A stretch of DNA of 64,000 nucleotides from Tubiluchus corallicola (lineage: Eukaryota > Animalia > Priapulida), in contig JAQGDQ010000251.1 in the NCBI GenBank assembly GCA_030141605.1, forward strand, positions 186,001 through 250,000, given 5' to 3'. Each line of letters opens with the position of its first letter. The first letter of the stretch is position 1. Below the pieces are notes generated by a model. It was not told where the DNA came from and did no database searches. It worked only from the letters and a program-made list of their open reading frames with translations. The position numbers and the translations under genes are program-made. Below, piece after piece: positions 1 through 12,105 of the stretch.

Positions 1-374
1 CAGGAAGATTAAAACTAAATGTTTTGTAAGCAAAATAAAAGTGTATAAAGCAAAAACAATTAAGAGTTCTGATTAGTGCAATATTTTCAAATTCTAAACA
101 GTTTTACTGTGACCACTCATCTATGACATAATAACGTGAACTGATTTCTTTGAGCAACTTTCACCACATGGAGAAAGACAGTTCAGTTTAGCACTGCTTC
201 CTTACCACCTGGCACTAAATTCATTTATGTAAAAACACAACAGTTGAGAGAGAGACTCATTCAAATTAAACCTAACAGACAATAAATACGGGGTGACTTT
301 TTAAAAACAATATGCAAACAATTACTTGAAACCTGTAAATTGTAAACATGATAGTGTACTAAATTAAGAAATAC

Positions 375-494
375 CTTTTGCCTTGGTTAACAGGTTGTTG
401 ACGCATTGCCATATATCCCAAATCATCCGCATATGCATTAAGCGGTGACCCCGCTTTAATACGTATGCCATAGTAATGATATTTTGAGTTGCCT
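375..494 (-). CDS. Rfx: Rfx exon: end of DNA-binding domain ([19 protein letters not shown]...MAMRQQP)
   Basis: 120 nt; acceptor TTTCAG, donor GTATTT; phase 2/2. Confidence 0.93.
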
Positions 495-3400
495 CTGAAA
501 AAAGAAAAGGAAAGTAATGCAAGGAGTTGCACGAGGATTGACTGACAGGAGTGCCAAACAAAAACCTGTTACCAAGGATATCACAACAAATGTGTTGCAC
601 TTTACTGTACAACACTAAAATCCCGAGAAAAAGCTTCTTCCTTCTAAATGTAGAGACTGCAAACCATCGCTGAACGTGCTGACAATGCTGTCAATGCAAA
701 AACTGGCTTTGCTGCAAACTTCACTTGCCAATAGAGAAAAACGTCTTCAGTAACAATTAATGAGCACTTGTTAAGCTCACTTTGTGAGATTCATGGAAAT
801 AAAAGAAGTTTTTACAAGCAATTGGCATTAATGTACCTTGTGCCAAGCCGCCTAGTTCTCAGTCCCAGAAAAACTGAACGGATCAATTTTCCAAATGATG
901 CAGCATTCACCGGATCCAGTTTGTGCTGAGCACAATGACGTAAATAATGGTTGTATAACGTGCTGCGTGGTAGACTCACACCCTCAGCTGTCTCATAATT
1001 GTCCAACAGCCATTGGATCTGTTGAGAAGATAACTCCGGCTATGAAATAAAAGATAAACAGCTCCATCTTTGGATGAGTCAGTAAGTTCAACACTGAATT
1101 CACGTCACAAGTAGCTACAACTACGACACTAGATCGTGCGCACTTGCAACGCAAGATGGAACTAATTATCTTGCACATACATATTTAGCATAACAACTAC
1201 AAGTACAAGATGCATATAAAACAAAAATTAATATCAACATTTTAATTACAGGTAGTCGTCGACTTACGACCTATGTGACTTACGACTGTTCGACTTTACA
1301 ATACAACCGAAACTTATTTAATTAATTATACAAAACTAACTATAACTCACATTTTCTTCTATTTCTTTAAACAAATTATTTTTAAATCGCTATTTGTTTC
1401 AATAAATTCATCGTAGGCGCAACCACACTTCATGCAAGTACATACACATCTTGCATGTACCACTTTAATATACAGGTCCTATTTGCGCCCAATTAATCTT
1501 TCGACCAATCTGTTGGAACGCACTTCGGTTGTAAGATGACGACTACCTGTACAGATAAAATAATAATCTTCCTTACATTAGTGTCACACGCATAGTGTAG
1601 CTTGGAAAGCATTTTAGTGTTATTTATCAATAGTGTGAGCTTAGATTATTTAAGAAACAACCAAATACATGAAATATTCTTAAACACTGAAATAAAATGG
1701 CAGATTTAAATATGACGCCTAAAGTAAAATCAACAGAAAATTTCCACTTGCCGACGAAAATTTTGGATTTTTATACTGATGCCAAAACATGCGTAAAACA
1801 TCAACGCTAACATCAGCATTTCATGCAGCAACATCTCATGCAAACATCTCTTACCGTAGCAGGAGACGCCCTAGTTGTGTGTGTCAGTGGATGACCCTGG
1901 TTGTCCATAAAACCTCCTTGAACTAGATATGTCCCACCACCTTGATATGTGACTACCTGTGAATTCTGGACAGGTGTTGACTGAGTCACAGGTAATGTAA
2001 TTTGCTGTAAATATTTGACTCGATTAACAAATTTATTTGGCAACTGTTTATTTTTTTTAGAAAAACTTGATAAAATGGAATTTACAAAACAAAATTTACA
2101 AAGAGCGAAGTGAAACAAACAATATTTTATAGGAAAGCACAACAGTAAGAAAAAACTTGGTTATTATTGGTTAATAACGACAAAATTAGTAGTGCAGGTA
2201 AGTAGTAACCAAGAAATTTTGCAACATTACGTTTTATTGATAAACTCTTAAACATAAAGATTATAACCAATAACTTTTATCCAATTATTATGACCAAATG
2301 GTTATTATAACCAACAATAACAAAATTAGTAGTGCAGGTAAGAAGTGACCAAAAAATTTTGCAATGTCACATTTTGTATTGACGTTGTTTGTAACATGGC
2401 CACAAAATCATAGTAAAGCAGGGTTAACAACATTTAATGAGTTCACCATGCAAGTACATTTGCAGACTGCATTATACATCGTGGTTGCATGTGTCCTGCA
2501 GCAGGGCTGGAAAATCTTCTGAACTGGCGGATGTAGTGCGTGGGATATTTCTTCTGTCAGAGGGACACAAATTTTTTAAAAGTATTTTTCAATATTCTAA
2601 TAGAAAAAATTTTGATTTTTCCTCTCTTTATAAGTAAAAATGGCAAAAGCACTTCGCATTGTAATTAATACTCATCAAATTTACAACATAATTATTACTC
2701 GAGGCAGTATTTTTCCACACAGCTGCACACATTGCAATTTGTCCCAACATACTGCATGAAACTTTAAAACTTGGCACTGGGCCAAGGAGAGACTGTCCAG
2801 GTGTAGTTGTATGTGATTATGATGCATGTGTTATAGTGGCTATCTGGTTCTATAAATAGGCCTGCTGCTATGAATATAAGATATATTGATTCTTACAACA
2901 GCACAGCCAACCTTCCCAGCCCTACCATTCAGCAGTACTAAAATTTCACTACATAACCTTAAACTTAACTTTTAAACTTAAAGTGTTATCTTGCTGACTG
3001 GCTCATTTGTGGTTGACTTCAAATTCCACTTTTATTACTACCCTGGCAAACGGCCTTGCCACCTAGTCAAGAACCAGTACAAGTCGTTCTGTTATCTTAA
3101 AAACTTTGCGGTTTAATTACTTTATCACACCCAAGACTACTTCCTTCAGTAGTTAAGCAACATCAGATATAAAAAGTGCACAGATGGGCGAGATACTCTG
3201 CAGAATGATTGTTTTCAAGTTATGTACTAGCAAAGCAATAGAAACGGTGAGCCAAGCAAAATCAAGGTCTCCTTCCTTTGTATAGTTCTAAGGAATTTTG
3301 TGGAACAATATCTAACATAAGGTATAAGATTATTTCATTAAACATCACAGTTCTCAACCACTTAACTCCACGTGTGCTTGGTGTGAATATAGACTACTAA

Positions 3401-6400
3401 TTGCTATTATTACTGAATGTGTAAGAACAAATGAAATAATGTTTGAATGTAGCAAATGTATGGCCAATACATATATTCTAATATATTCACATTTTTGGAA
3501 ATCCCATTTTTTAAATCTTTATGGGGCTCTGTGTCCCTTTGATGCAACTCCCCCTGCCCAATTATCTTGATCCTAGAAGCTCTTATAAATTCTATTGGGC
3601 TAGGTCTTTCCCCTGATGCCAACTTCTAGTCATTTGTGAGATATTCTGCCTCTGGCCTGCAAGTCATAGTTTGCCCACTCCTACATTAAAACTTAATTGA
3701 AAAACAGTTTACCTGCGCACTAGGTGGTGTGCCAGTAGCATAATAGGCAGCCGTTGATACCGGGGTATATGTATACATATTACCCGTAGCATCACTATAA
3801 TATGTAGGTCCAACCCTAGCAAACAGACAACATAATGCAATGACATAAAATGATACTCGTCACATCATATCACGTTTTAACAATGTAACTGGTAGTTTAA
3901 TTCTAGCAACCAGTAAAAGAGTTACCGAAGTTACGAAATTAAAAACATTTAATATTACCACCTTTCTGATGATGAATAGAGTGCAAATAGTGTCAGAATG
4001 TAAGTGTTTTCTTCTTCATCTAATAAGACAACTAATACAACAATGAACACTAGTTCACTAACTTTAACAAACACAAGATAACTTTACTAAACCCCACAAT
4101 AAAAACAAATAGCCGTGAATACATACATTTCACCATTTGTTGATGAATAGGTGGAATCAGTCGTCTCTACATATTGTACTTGTTGCGCCGGGTAAACGCC
4201 ACCCGGCTGGCTTGTGCCTACGTTCTGCAGCGTGACGGCTTCTGTGCCACCCTGATCACTAGTGCCGTCTGTAAACACAAAAATGAGAAGTTTAGCAAAG
4301 CATTTTCAGCAATTATAAAACAAAAAAAACCTGTTAGGCCTCATACACCATATAATAACCCTTTCCCTACGAATATTATGTTTTTTGTGCCAAATTTGAC
4401 TAACTTGGTCTCAATAATCTTTGAAATAAATGCAAACTTTTGGCAAGTACTATACTCGAAAATTCCACGATTTTTAAAATAAAATTAAGATCAAGTGTGG
4501 TGTGACATCCTGACTCTTCTTCTCTCCAGCACTAACCATGTGCCAAGGTTGACAGGCTTATCGATAGTCTTTAGATATAATGTAAAAAACATTTGCTATC
4601 TAATATTATGCTACCTTTTAAGGTCAAAGTCAAAGCCGAGGTCAGTGGCACTCATTTAGTCGGCTGACATAATAATCTTCCAAAAAAAAACAAAAAAGTA
4701 TATCAGAGCTATTCTACAAATCTAATAGAACTCATAAAGTGTAGACAGCTTGTCTATAATCACAGTGCTAAAGCTGGATAAAAATCCTGTCACTTTACCT
4801 GTCACGATAAACTGTTGAGTTCCTTGATGACCTGAGTGAACACCTGTTATAATTGTCACCTGTTGACCACTAGGTTGTAATGTTGCTGTCTGTATGTGTC
4901 CTGTATTCTGTACTTTAATTGTAGGTGATGTAATAGCTTGAGTGCCTTGGGAGGACTATACAGAAAAGCAAAAATGCTGTTAGTACTTTTTATCAGATGT
5001 GTTCAAATTAAGAGAAAATGTAATTCTGAATTAATTTGATGAAATGAAACAAAGTTTTATTGAGGAATAAGCTGGAAATGATTTAAGAATTTGGTCAAAA
5101 GCACTTGTCAGCTGCAAACCACCATCACGGCACTATCCGTCAGTAGTTCTAAATGAAAAGGATTATTAAAAAAAGTCTATGCAGTGTTGCACAAAAAAAC
5201 TCCATCCACTTCTGCTTAACAATGAACAGTAAAACGTTATGGCTTTTACACAACACCAACAAAGTAACAATATCAGCCACCCTCAAATTAACAATACAAT
5301 TTTTTTGCTTTGATAGTTATTACAAAGTGTCAAAGTCTGTAATTCAAGAAAATTACTGCAAAACAGACTGATAAAATCAAGGTAACATTAATAGTTACCA
5401 TAATCACAATGACTATTTAAACAATAAATATTAGGTAGACAGGAAATTCAAAATAACACAGAATTTAGAAAAGCACAACATGGAATTAAAATGATTGCAT
5501 GGGTTATATTGAGCTGCAAATAAGTCTAAAAAGGAACAAAAGCAGGTGCCAGTTCCAGACTTCAAGCTATTTCGAAACTGTGAGCACAAAATGTTTATTT
5601 GTGAATCAAAGAAACATGGTTGCCTGATGGATCAAATCACGGGAAAAATAAAAAAATTACATATTCAGTTTGCTAGGTACTAACTTAAATTGTGTTTCTA
5701 AAATTGTTTATGTCTAGATCTGCACAGAGTAATGGCCATAGCTCGGTGAGAAAATGTCAACATGATATCATGAATAGCGATGTTCCTTTTTAATGACACC
5801 AGGTAATTTGACATTGCAAAGGAAAAACAATGTCATTTCTGCCTCCATCCCATCACTAAATGTTTAATAATCTTTACCTTTCCAACACATAAACTAACTA
5901 AGCCTTCACCCAAATGGAAAATAAACAAGTAATTACACACCCAATCAATAACCAACCATCTACTTAACTAGCCAACCAACTAATCAACTAACCAACCGAC
6001 CAATGAGGCAGCGAGTAAGTCAACGAACAAATCAACCAACTGGCAAATGCCATCACATCCAAAGACACACCAATGCCCAGTCAGCACATAGGCTAACTAA
6101 CCTATGACATATACAAGTCGCCCATCCGCCAATAAACAGACCCAAGCCAGGTAATCAGATCAATAAAACAACCAAAAAAACTAGCAAACAGGCCAACTAA
6201 AGAACTTGCCTAGTACAAAATCTCATAACAAAGCAATGAGCCAAACAATACATCAAATGAAAAACAAAAAACACTGATAACAGTAAAAGGATAAACAATG
6301 AGAGAAAATTGTTACAGTAAAATTACTAAAACTTTAAGTTCTGCCTTCATATAATAAAAAGTGTAGCTGAACAGATCTACGTTAATATTAGAACATTTTT

Positions 6401-9400
6401 TCATACTACTTGACATTTTTGTTTTCAATTTTAATTTTCAAATTTTATTACTGAATGACAATAACAGAATAAAATATTATTAAAAATAGATAACTGTTAG
6501 TCTGTTAGACATCTCACATATTTACTGCATTTGTGCAAACGGAAGCCACAAAAAGCACGAATCATTGACAATGATTTAAAAACAGGGTAGGGCATAAGCT
6601 AAAACAAAAGTGAGATGCAAGTGAAGTGATGGCAGATAAGTGAGACAAAACGAACTGATCAAATGATAAAAATTATTTTTAAAACTTTAAACATTTTTTA
6701 ATAAAAAAAATATACATAGCAGTTTTGACATAACAATTATACATTTGTTACTCATGTCACTTCACAAAGAAACAAAAACATCAGGTTAGATGACTCAGCT
6801 TTAGTGTGCAAGCACCATAACATATTCAATAATATTCCATAAATAAAAGATAGTTAATTTTCCATTAAACATATTGGTGCGCTTTACATAGGCTACTTTA
6901 TCAATTTTGCATAACATGGATACCAAACGAGGTTCTTATCTATGTTTAATGGGCTTTATTGTTGTTCCCTATGCCAACCAGGTGTTTCTAAGCGCAACAC
7001 AAAGTTGGAAATCAATACTCAGGCACGTCTCTATTGTGTTTCAGAGTTTTGTAACTATGTTCATCAAAAGTTGCTTTGGAAATTTGTAACCAATAGAAAC
7101 AAGCAACCTAAAGTGACAAGCACTAAACATACGCTTTATAGACGGCTATTATTACCTGACAATTATTTGTCCTCGTGGCTCATTAAACAGAATCATTCAG
7201 GCAGAACACCATTATGCTTGGGATATTAACAAGTTATTATTTAACAGGAACTCCAAGCATAAGCGATGCCATATTGTAAGCAGGTGTTATCAATTAATAA
7301 GTTATGAATAAAAGTACATACTAATAATACGGTCTTTATTATACAGATCACCCTAAACAAGGGCAGTGTGCACTTAAGAGGTTGTAAGTAGAAAATTAAA
7401 ATAAGAATCCAGTGTAAGGGAATACTTATAACTACATTAACTAATGAGAGAATTCACTACTAGCAAAATTTATCTGTTTATTTTAAAACAAATCAGCCTG
7501 GCTATAGATAGTTAGTACATTTTCTCATTTTTACCCATTTTAAATTACCAAGCAATATGTTTGAAAATGTATTTGTAACGAGACACGAGTTAGCAAAATT
7601 TGTGATTTGCAAAACATCAGTAATTAACATTGTTGATAACTTAACATTATTGGTGTGGTAATGTCAATTGTAAATTAACAGCTTACTAGAAGAAAACACC
7701 TTAGTAGAAAATTAAATAGAAATCCACATAAAAACACACGCTGACCTACCAAAAGCTAAAAGAGCAACATAAATAGATCTTTGAACAGACAAGTTTAATC
7801 AAAGGTCTAAAATATGGGTAGCTGCTTATGCACTTTGTGTACATGCATGCAAATTGCAAAAGGAATAAAGAAAAAACTACAAAAAGTAAATAAGAATTAA
7901 CTTTCTCAAGAATTGACACAGAAAAATATTGTCTTGAAATAATCCTTATCTTATTAATGTACTTTTAATACTACGGAAAATTGAAAATCTGAATGAGTCA
8001 CACAGTAAGCATAAAGCACAACAGTGCTGTTCAAGGTAATGATTAGCAACTTAATTATGCAGCCTAGCTTACAATGCCAACATATCAGGTTCTCCTATAA
8101 TCACCAAGGAGCTGGGCACTGATGTGGCAAAACGGAGTCATAATAAATTTAGAATAAGCAACTAGAGCTACTGTAGCTATCACTACAGTATCCTAGTAAG
8201 TCACTAAGCTCTGTCCGAGCAACTATTGTTTGTACTAGCAACCTCTCATCAAAGTCCACATAAATAATCCCATTTCCTTGTAACAGATTCATTCTCGTCT
8301 TTCTAATATAATACGTGGTTTTTCTTTAACATATTTAATGTGGCAAATCAAAATGTGCATCTCTCCCAGTTGCGTGCGACAGATACCAGTGCTGCATAAT
8401 CTGACAGTGAGCATTACTGTTTGTTCACCACGGTAACATTTCTCACCTATCTTGCAAAATGTGAACGGCTACAGAGGGGCAAAGTAGTTGAAAAAATGTT
8501 GATTACTGAAGACAGTTCAGACGAAAGCCACGGTGTTTGTGACTGCAAATTTGCCAAAGGTCAATTTACTAGCAAGTGCGCAGAGAAATCTACACAATCC
8601 ATTTTGTGTACACACAGTACTATCAGTCAGATCAACAAACATTCATGGATAATGTGTTGGTTGAGTTTGATAAGGCAAATTTGATTGGACTGAGTTTTCA
8701 TTGATGTTTACTGAATTCAGGATACACCCAATATTTTTACTGTAAAAAATACACTAAATACGAAAAAACTCAAACTATCATTATTAATGTGTTGTATTTA
8801 TAATAATACATAATACGACCATTGCTCAGTTTGGAAAACAAATAAAACTACAAGCTAAGTTTGCACCAAAATTTTGCTAGAAATCAGATTTTGTCATTTA
8901 TTAAATTGCGATTAACTAGCCATATTTCCACTAAAAACATTTTCTTAAAAATAAATAATTTAGAACTAAAATTATGAATTTATTCTTCTGTATTTCTAAA
9001 TTTCGCACAGCTTACTCTATATATTTCCAATACACTTTTTTAAATAAATTAGCTAAAACTAAAAAATGCATTTACTTTCTAGATTCAGTCTGATTCACCC
9101 TTGTAAATGCTTGATGTATTATTTACAAAGCAACTTAATTATATGCAAATATAAATTAGTAGCGAAGAAAGAAACTTAAAAGATGGCTTATATTATTTAA
9201 AATTATTATTAAATGAAAAGATTTTTGTTATTGCAATTACAATTTGTTAGAAAATTACAATTACTTGAAAAACTGCAATTAAGGTAATTACCGGCTCGCA
9301 TCCAGAATAATACTCTTGACCATAACATCGAATTTTCTGAATCCAATCTAAAAATTTCGCTGACCCATGGTCAGGCGGAACACTACAGTTAGGATCTCGA

Positions 9401-9934
9401 TAACACACCTCCATTTTCCACAAACTCGGTTAGCATGCTTTATCAAACACCTGGGTCCAGTAGCCCTTACAAAATATAGGTGAATGTTCACTTAAGTATT
9501 GCCCGCAGTCAATTTCTTAAACTACAATCTACTTACATGCTAATAATCTAACATCACCTTCTGTGGTTCTTCCACGACATTCCTCACTACTCAGGGCCAA
9601 ATCACTGTGGTAACTCAAACCAGGTATGCAATTTGGACATAAACACAGCTTTTGTCAGTTACCATGCAAACACAGATGAGACTTAGAAACCGGACGCACT
9701 GAAAGCATGCAAAACGAATTAAAATGACTCATCAGCAGATAAAAGTATAAGACTCACCTGAGTTGTAGACTGCTGTGAAGCTGTTTGTGCTACTGCGCTG
9801 GACGGTTGTACCACGGTTGTCACCATTTGTCCACCACTACCACTACTATTACTATTCATCACTTGCATATCTGCGACAAATGTTTGTGTTGCCATAGCAA
9901 CAAGGTCGGCGTCTGTGTACCCAGTAGCCTGCAT
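375..9934 (-). CDS. Rfx: RFX-family transcription factor (RFX1/2/3, Drosophila Rfx, DAF-19 type), 5' part; join(complement 9758-9934,4799-4955,4127-4268,3713-3815,1855-2004,837-1018,375-494); continues beyond the left edge
   Basis: Spliced translation gives a Q/T/V-rich N-terminus, then TTRASPAT|[61 protein letters not shown]|[13 protein letters not shown], the diagnostic RFX DNA-binding domain. All junctions are GT-AG and in phase. Confidence 0.95.
568..581. promoter_or_regulatory. Intronic X-box (ATATCCTTGGTAAC on the - strand)
   Basis: Fits the consensus RTHNYY-WT-RRNRAC. Confidence 0.45.
837..1018 (-). CDS. Rfx: Rfx exon: core winged-helix DNA-binding domain
   Basis: 182 nt; CAACAG|ATCCAATGG ... 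GGCACAAG|GTACAT; [19 protein letters not shown]...RTRRLGTR. Confidence 0.97.
1249..1549. mobile_element. Tc1/mariner-pogo (Tigger-like) MITE
   Basis: TIRs CAGGTAGTCGTCGACTTACGACC / CAGGTAGTCGTCATCTTACAACC (rc), flanked by TA on both sides. Confidence 0.88.
1855..2004 (-). CDS. Rfx: Rfx exon (QITLPV...[10 protein letters not shown]...HTTRASPAT)
   Basis: 150 nt, phase 0/0; the HTTRASPAT motif precedes the DBD in RFX1-3. Confidence 0.9.
2180..2370. repeat. Direct repeat of about 50 bp, offset 140 bp
   Basis: ACAAAATTAGTAGTGCAGGTAAG...AATTTTGCAA at 2180 and 2320. Confidence 0.75.
3713..3815 (-). CDS. Rfx: Rfx exon ([34 protein letters not shown])
   Basis: 103 nt, phase 2/0, open frame that bridges the neighbouring exons; TGCTAG acceptor, GTAAAC donor. 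Confidence 0.8.
4127..4268 (-). CDS. Rfx: Rfx exon (GTSDQGG...[11 protein letters not shown]), activation-domain-like
   Basis: 142 nt, phase 1/2; [11 protein letters not shown] resembles the RFX1 transactivation region. Confidence 0.88.
4799..4955 (-). CDS. Rfx: Rfx exon ([16 protein letters not shown]...GTQQFIVT)
   Basis: 157 nt, phase 0/1, open Q/T-rich frame; TGTATAG acceptor, GTAAAG donor. Confidence 0.82.
5940..6040. repeat. Degenerate (CCAA/CTAA)n low-complexity tract
   Basis: ccaatcaataaccaaccatc...ccaaccaactaatcaactaaccaaccgaccaat. Confidence 0.6.
9758..9934 (-). CDS. Rfx: Rfx first coding exon ([19 protein letters not shown]...QQSTTQ)
   Basis: ATG at 9934 with an in-frame upstream stop; donor CAG|GTGAGT; likely acceptor at 10073-10074. 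Confidence 0.8.
9888..9901. promoter_or_regulatory. X-box (RFX binding site) GTTGCCATAGCAAC inside the Rfx coding exon
   Basis: 13/14 match to the palindromic RFX consensus GTTGCCATGGCAAC. Confidence 0.6.
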
Positions 9935-12087
9935 GACAGATAAGAAAGAATGTAGGCCTATCAGCCGCAGTAAACGGAATGCAGGAAATGAGGAGAGTTA
10001 ACTAGATGAACCAGCCAGGTAAAATGGTACATAGCACTGGGTAAAAGCATTGAGGCTGCTATATCAATAAAGCTGTAACAGAAATAATTATTGTGTTAAA
10101 ATAAGTTTTATTCATACCTGCTTCATTATAGTACCGCTTATCACGTTTAATAAGCACTTTTGATAAGAAAAAATTCAGTGGTGAAACAATTAAAAAGAAA
10201 TAGTAGTAATATTAAGTTTTTGTATAAAAGAAAAATGCCATAGTACAACAAATATTTTCACATAATTTGTAATTTAATAACAAAAGGCATAAATTTTAAA
10301 AAAATAGCCACATAGATTTTATGTACAAACTTTGAAAAATTATGTTATAACTCATTATTAAAGAACTGCCCTTTCGAGGCACATCCTTTTTGGAAAATCA
10401 TATACAAACTATTCCTGTTTTCAGTATAAATGTCATTAAAGTAGGAACTGAGCTAATTAGTTTAGTAAGAAATTTGTGGCTCAAGTTATTTCAACTGTGA
10501 AATTAAATTAGATATTGGAAAGTTTTGCACATTACACATCAAAACTTATAATACAGTACCAAATGTAAAAACTTCAATCTAGAATTTTATACACTCATAG
10601 TTCACCCTGAAAAGACAACATCTTTCAAACAGCTACAATAGTCTTAAACTTTGTTAAAAATATGACAATTCAACAAAAATTAGCTCGTATATAACAGACA
10701 GATAACAAAAATTAAAATGAAAAATGAAGAATGTGATACTATATTTTTATAAAATTCATATGCTATCATTCTACAGGAATCTCTTTGAAAATTTGCTTGA
10801 TTTTTCCTCCTGGAATTGCTAAATCAGTCAATCACTCTTCATTTTGTTTCTTTAAAAGTTCTTCTATGTGGTTGAACATAATCACTTGTTCAGGCATTTG
10901 CCTTTTATGTTACCTTTGTTTTTAGCTCATTTCCCTTTTTTCAGTCATTTTATTCTTTCCATACCTTGCAATTTATCGCAATGAAAAAACATTCACTCTA
11001 TTAAATTGAGATTCCTTATTAGTATTTAATACACCCAGGGTTTCTAGACTAACCTTTGGTGATGAATTACATCTAATGCAGTTCATCTGAATTTTGTTAG
11101 GGTGCTGTACAATTACGTCAAATGTTCTAATTTTAATCTAACAACCAAAATAAATAAACTGTGTGCTATTGTGATAAAATTTATAATGATTGAACAGAGC
11201 TAGCAATAATTGTTGAACAGGAATCTGCACAAATGTAAAACATTTTTAAATTTTCTCCTATCTGCTGTCTATTTGCCTATTGGTCTGTCTCTAGTTTTTT
11301 TGTAATTAATGAAGACAAGATCATATCATTTATGTAAAACAAAATATACTGCTTGTTGTGCTCTATTTTGCAATGACACACACAAACCGTGAGAGGAAAT
11401 AGTACACAGACGAATCATCTACACTAGATCTACTATTAATGTCATATTGAAAGTATCAGCCTTTTAAAAAAACATCCCATAAAACAACCTAACTAATGTA
11501 AGATTTTATCAGTGTAAAAATGTCCAGTTGGAATGACCATATAATCAGTTAGTCATAACTCTCATTTCCTGCAAACTGAGGAATTAAAAGAATTATAATA
11601 ATAATGACTCTCATCAGAGTTTCTTTACATATGACTAATAGCACGTTTACGGCAATAACTATTTATTGAGTAAGACAAACTTTTTGGGTCTCATTTGGCA
11701 CATATGCCTATTACAATTAACCTTAGGATCAGTTCTTTTACCTGATAAAGATGTTACATTCCAGTACAAAGGAGCAAGTTTGATGAGTTTCCTTTCTTTA
11801 TTATGGAAATACAATTTTAAACATCACATTTAAAAAAGTTGAACAAAAATAAAACAAAGCTTACAACTTGTGCATAAAGTATATTGTTATTTTATTAAAC
11901 TTTTATGCCTTTTGACTTTTAATTTCTGTTTTATTTAATAATTTCTAGTTAGTGCTTTTTTCTGGATAATCCTGTATTAATTTAATTTTTACAAGTGAGT
12001 ATTTGCATGATAATTGTGTATATTACGAATTACTGATTGTGCATAAGGACTAAATACATTTGACATTGTACTGTCAGATCAAATCAA

Positions 12088-12105
12088 CTCTCTCTCTCTC
12101 TCTCT
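12088..12105. repeat. (CT)9 microsatellite
   Basis: Read directly. Confidence 0.8.

Noticed and set aside
364-615. 83-aa ORF from the track
   Set aside because: It overlaps the real Rfx exon 375-494 in a different frame and runs into intron sequence.
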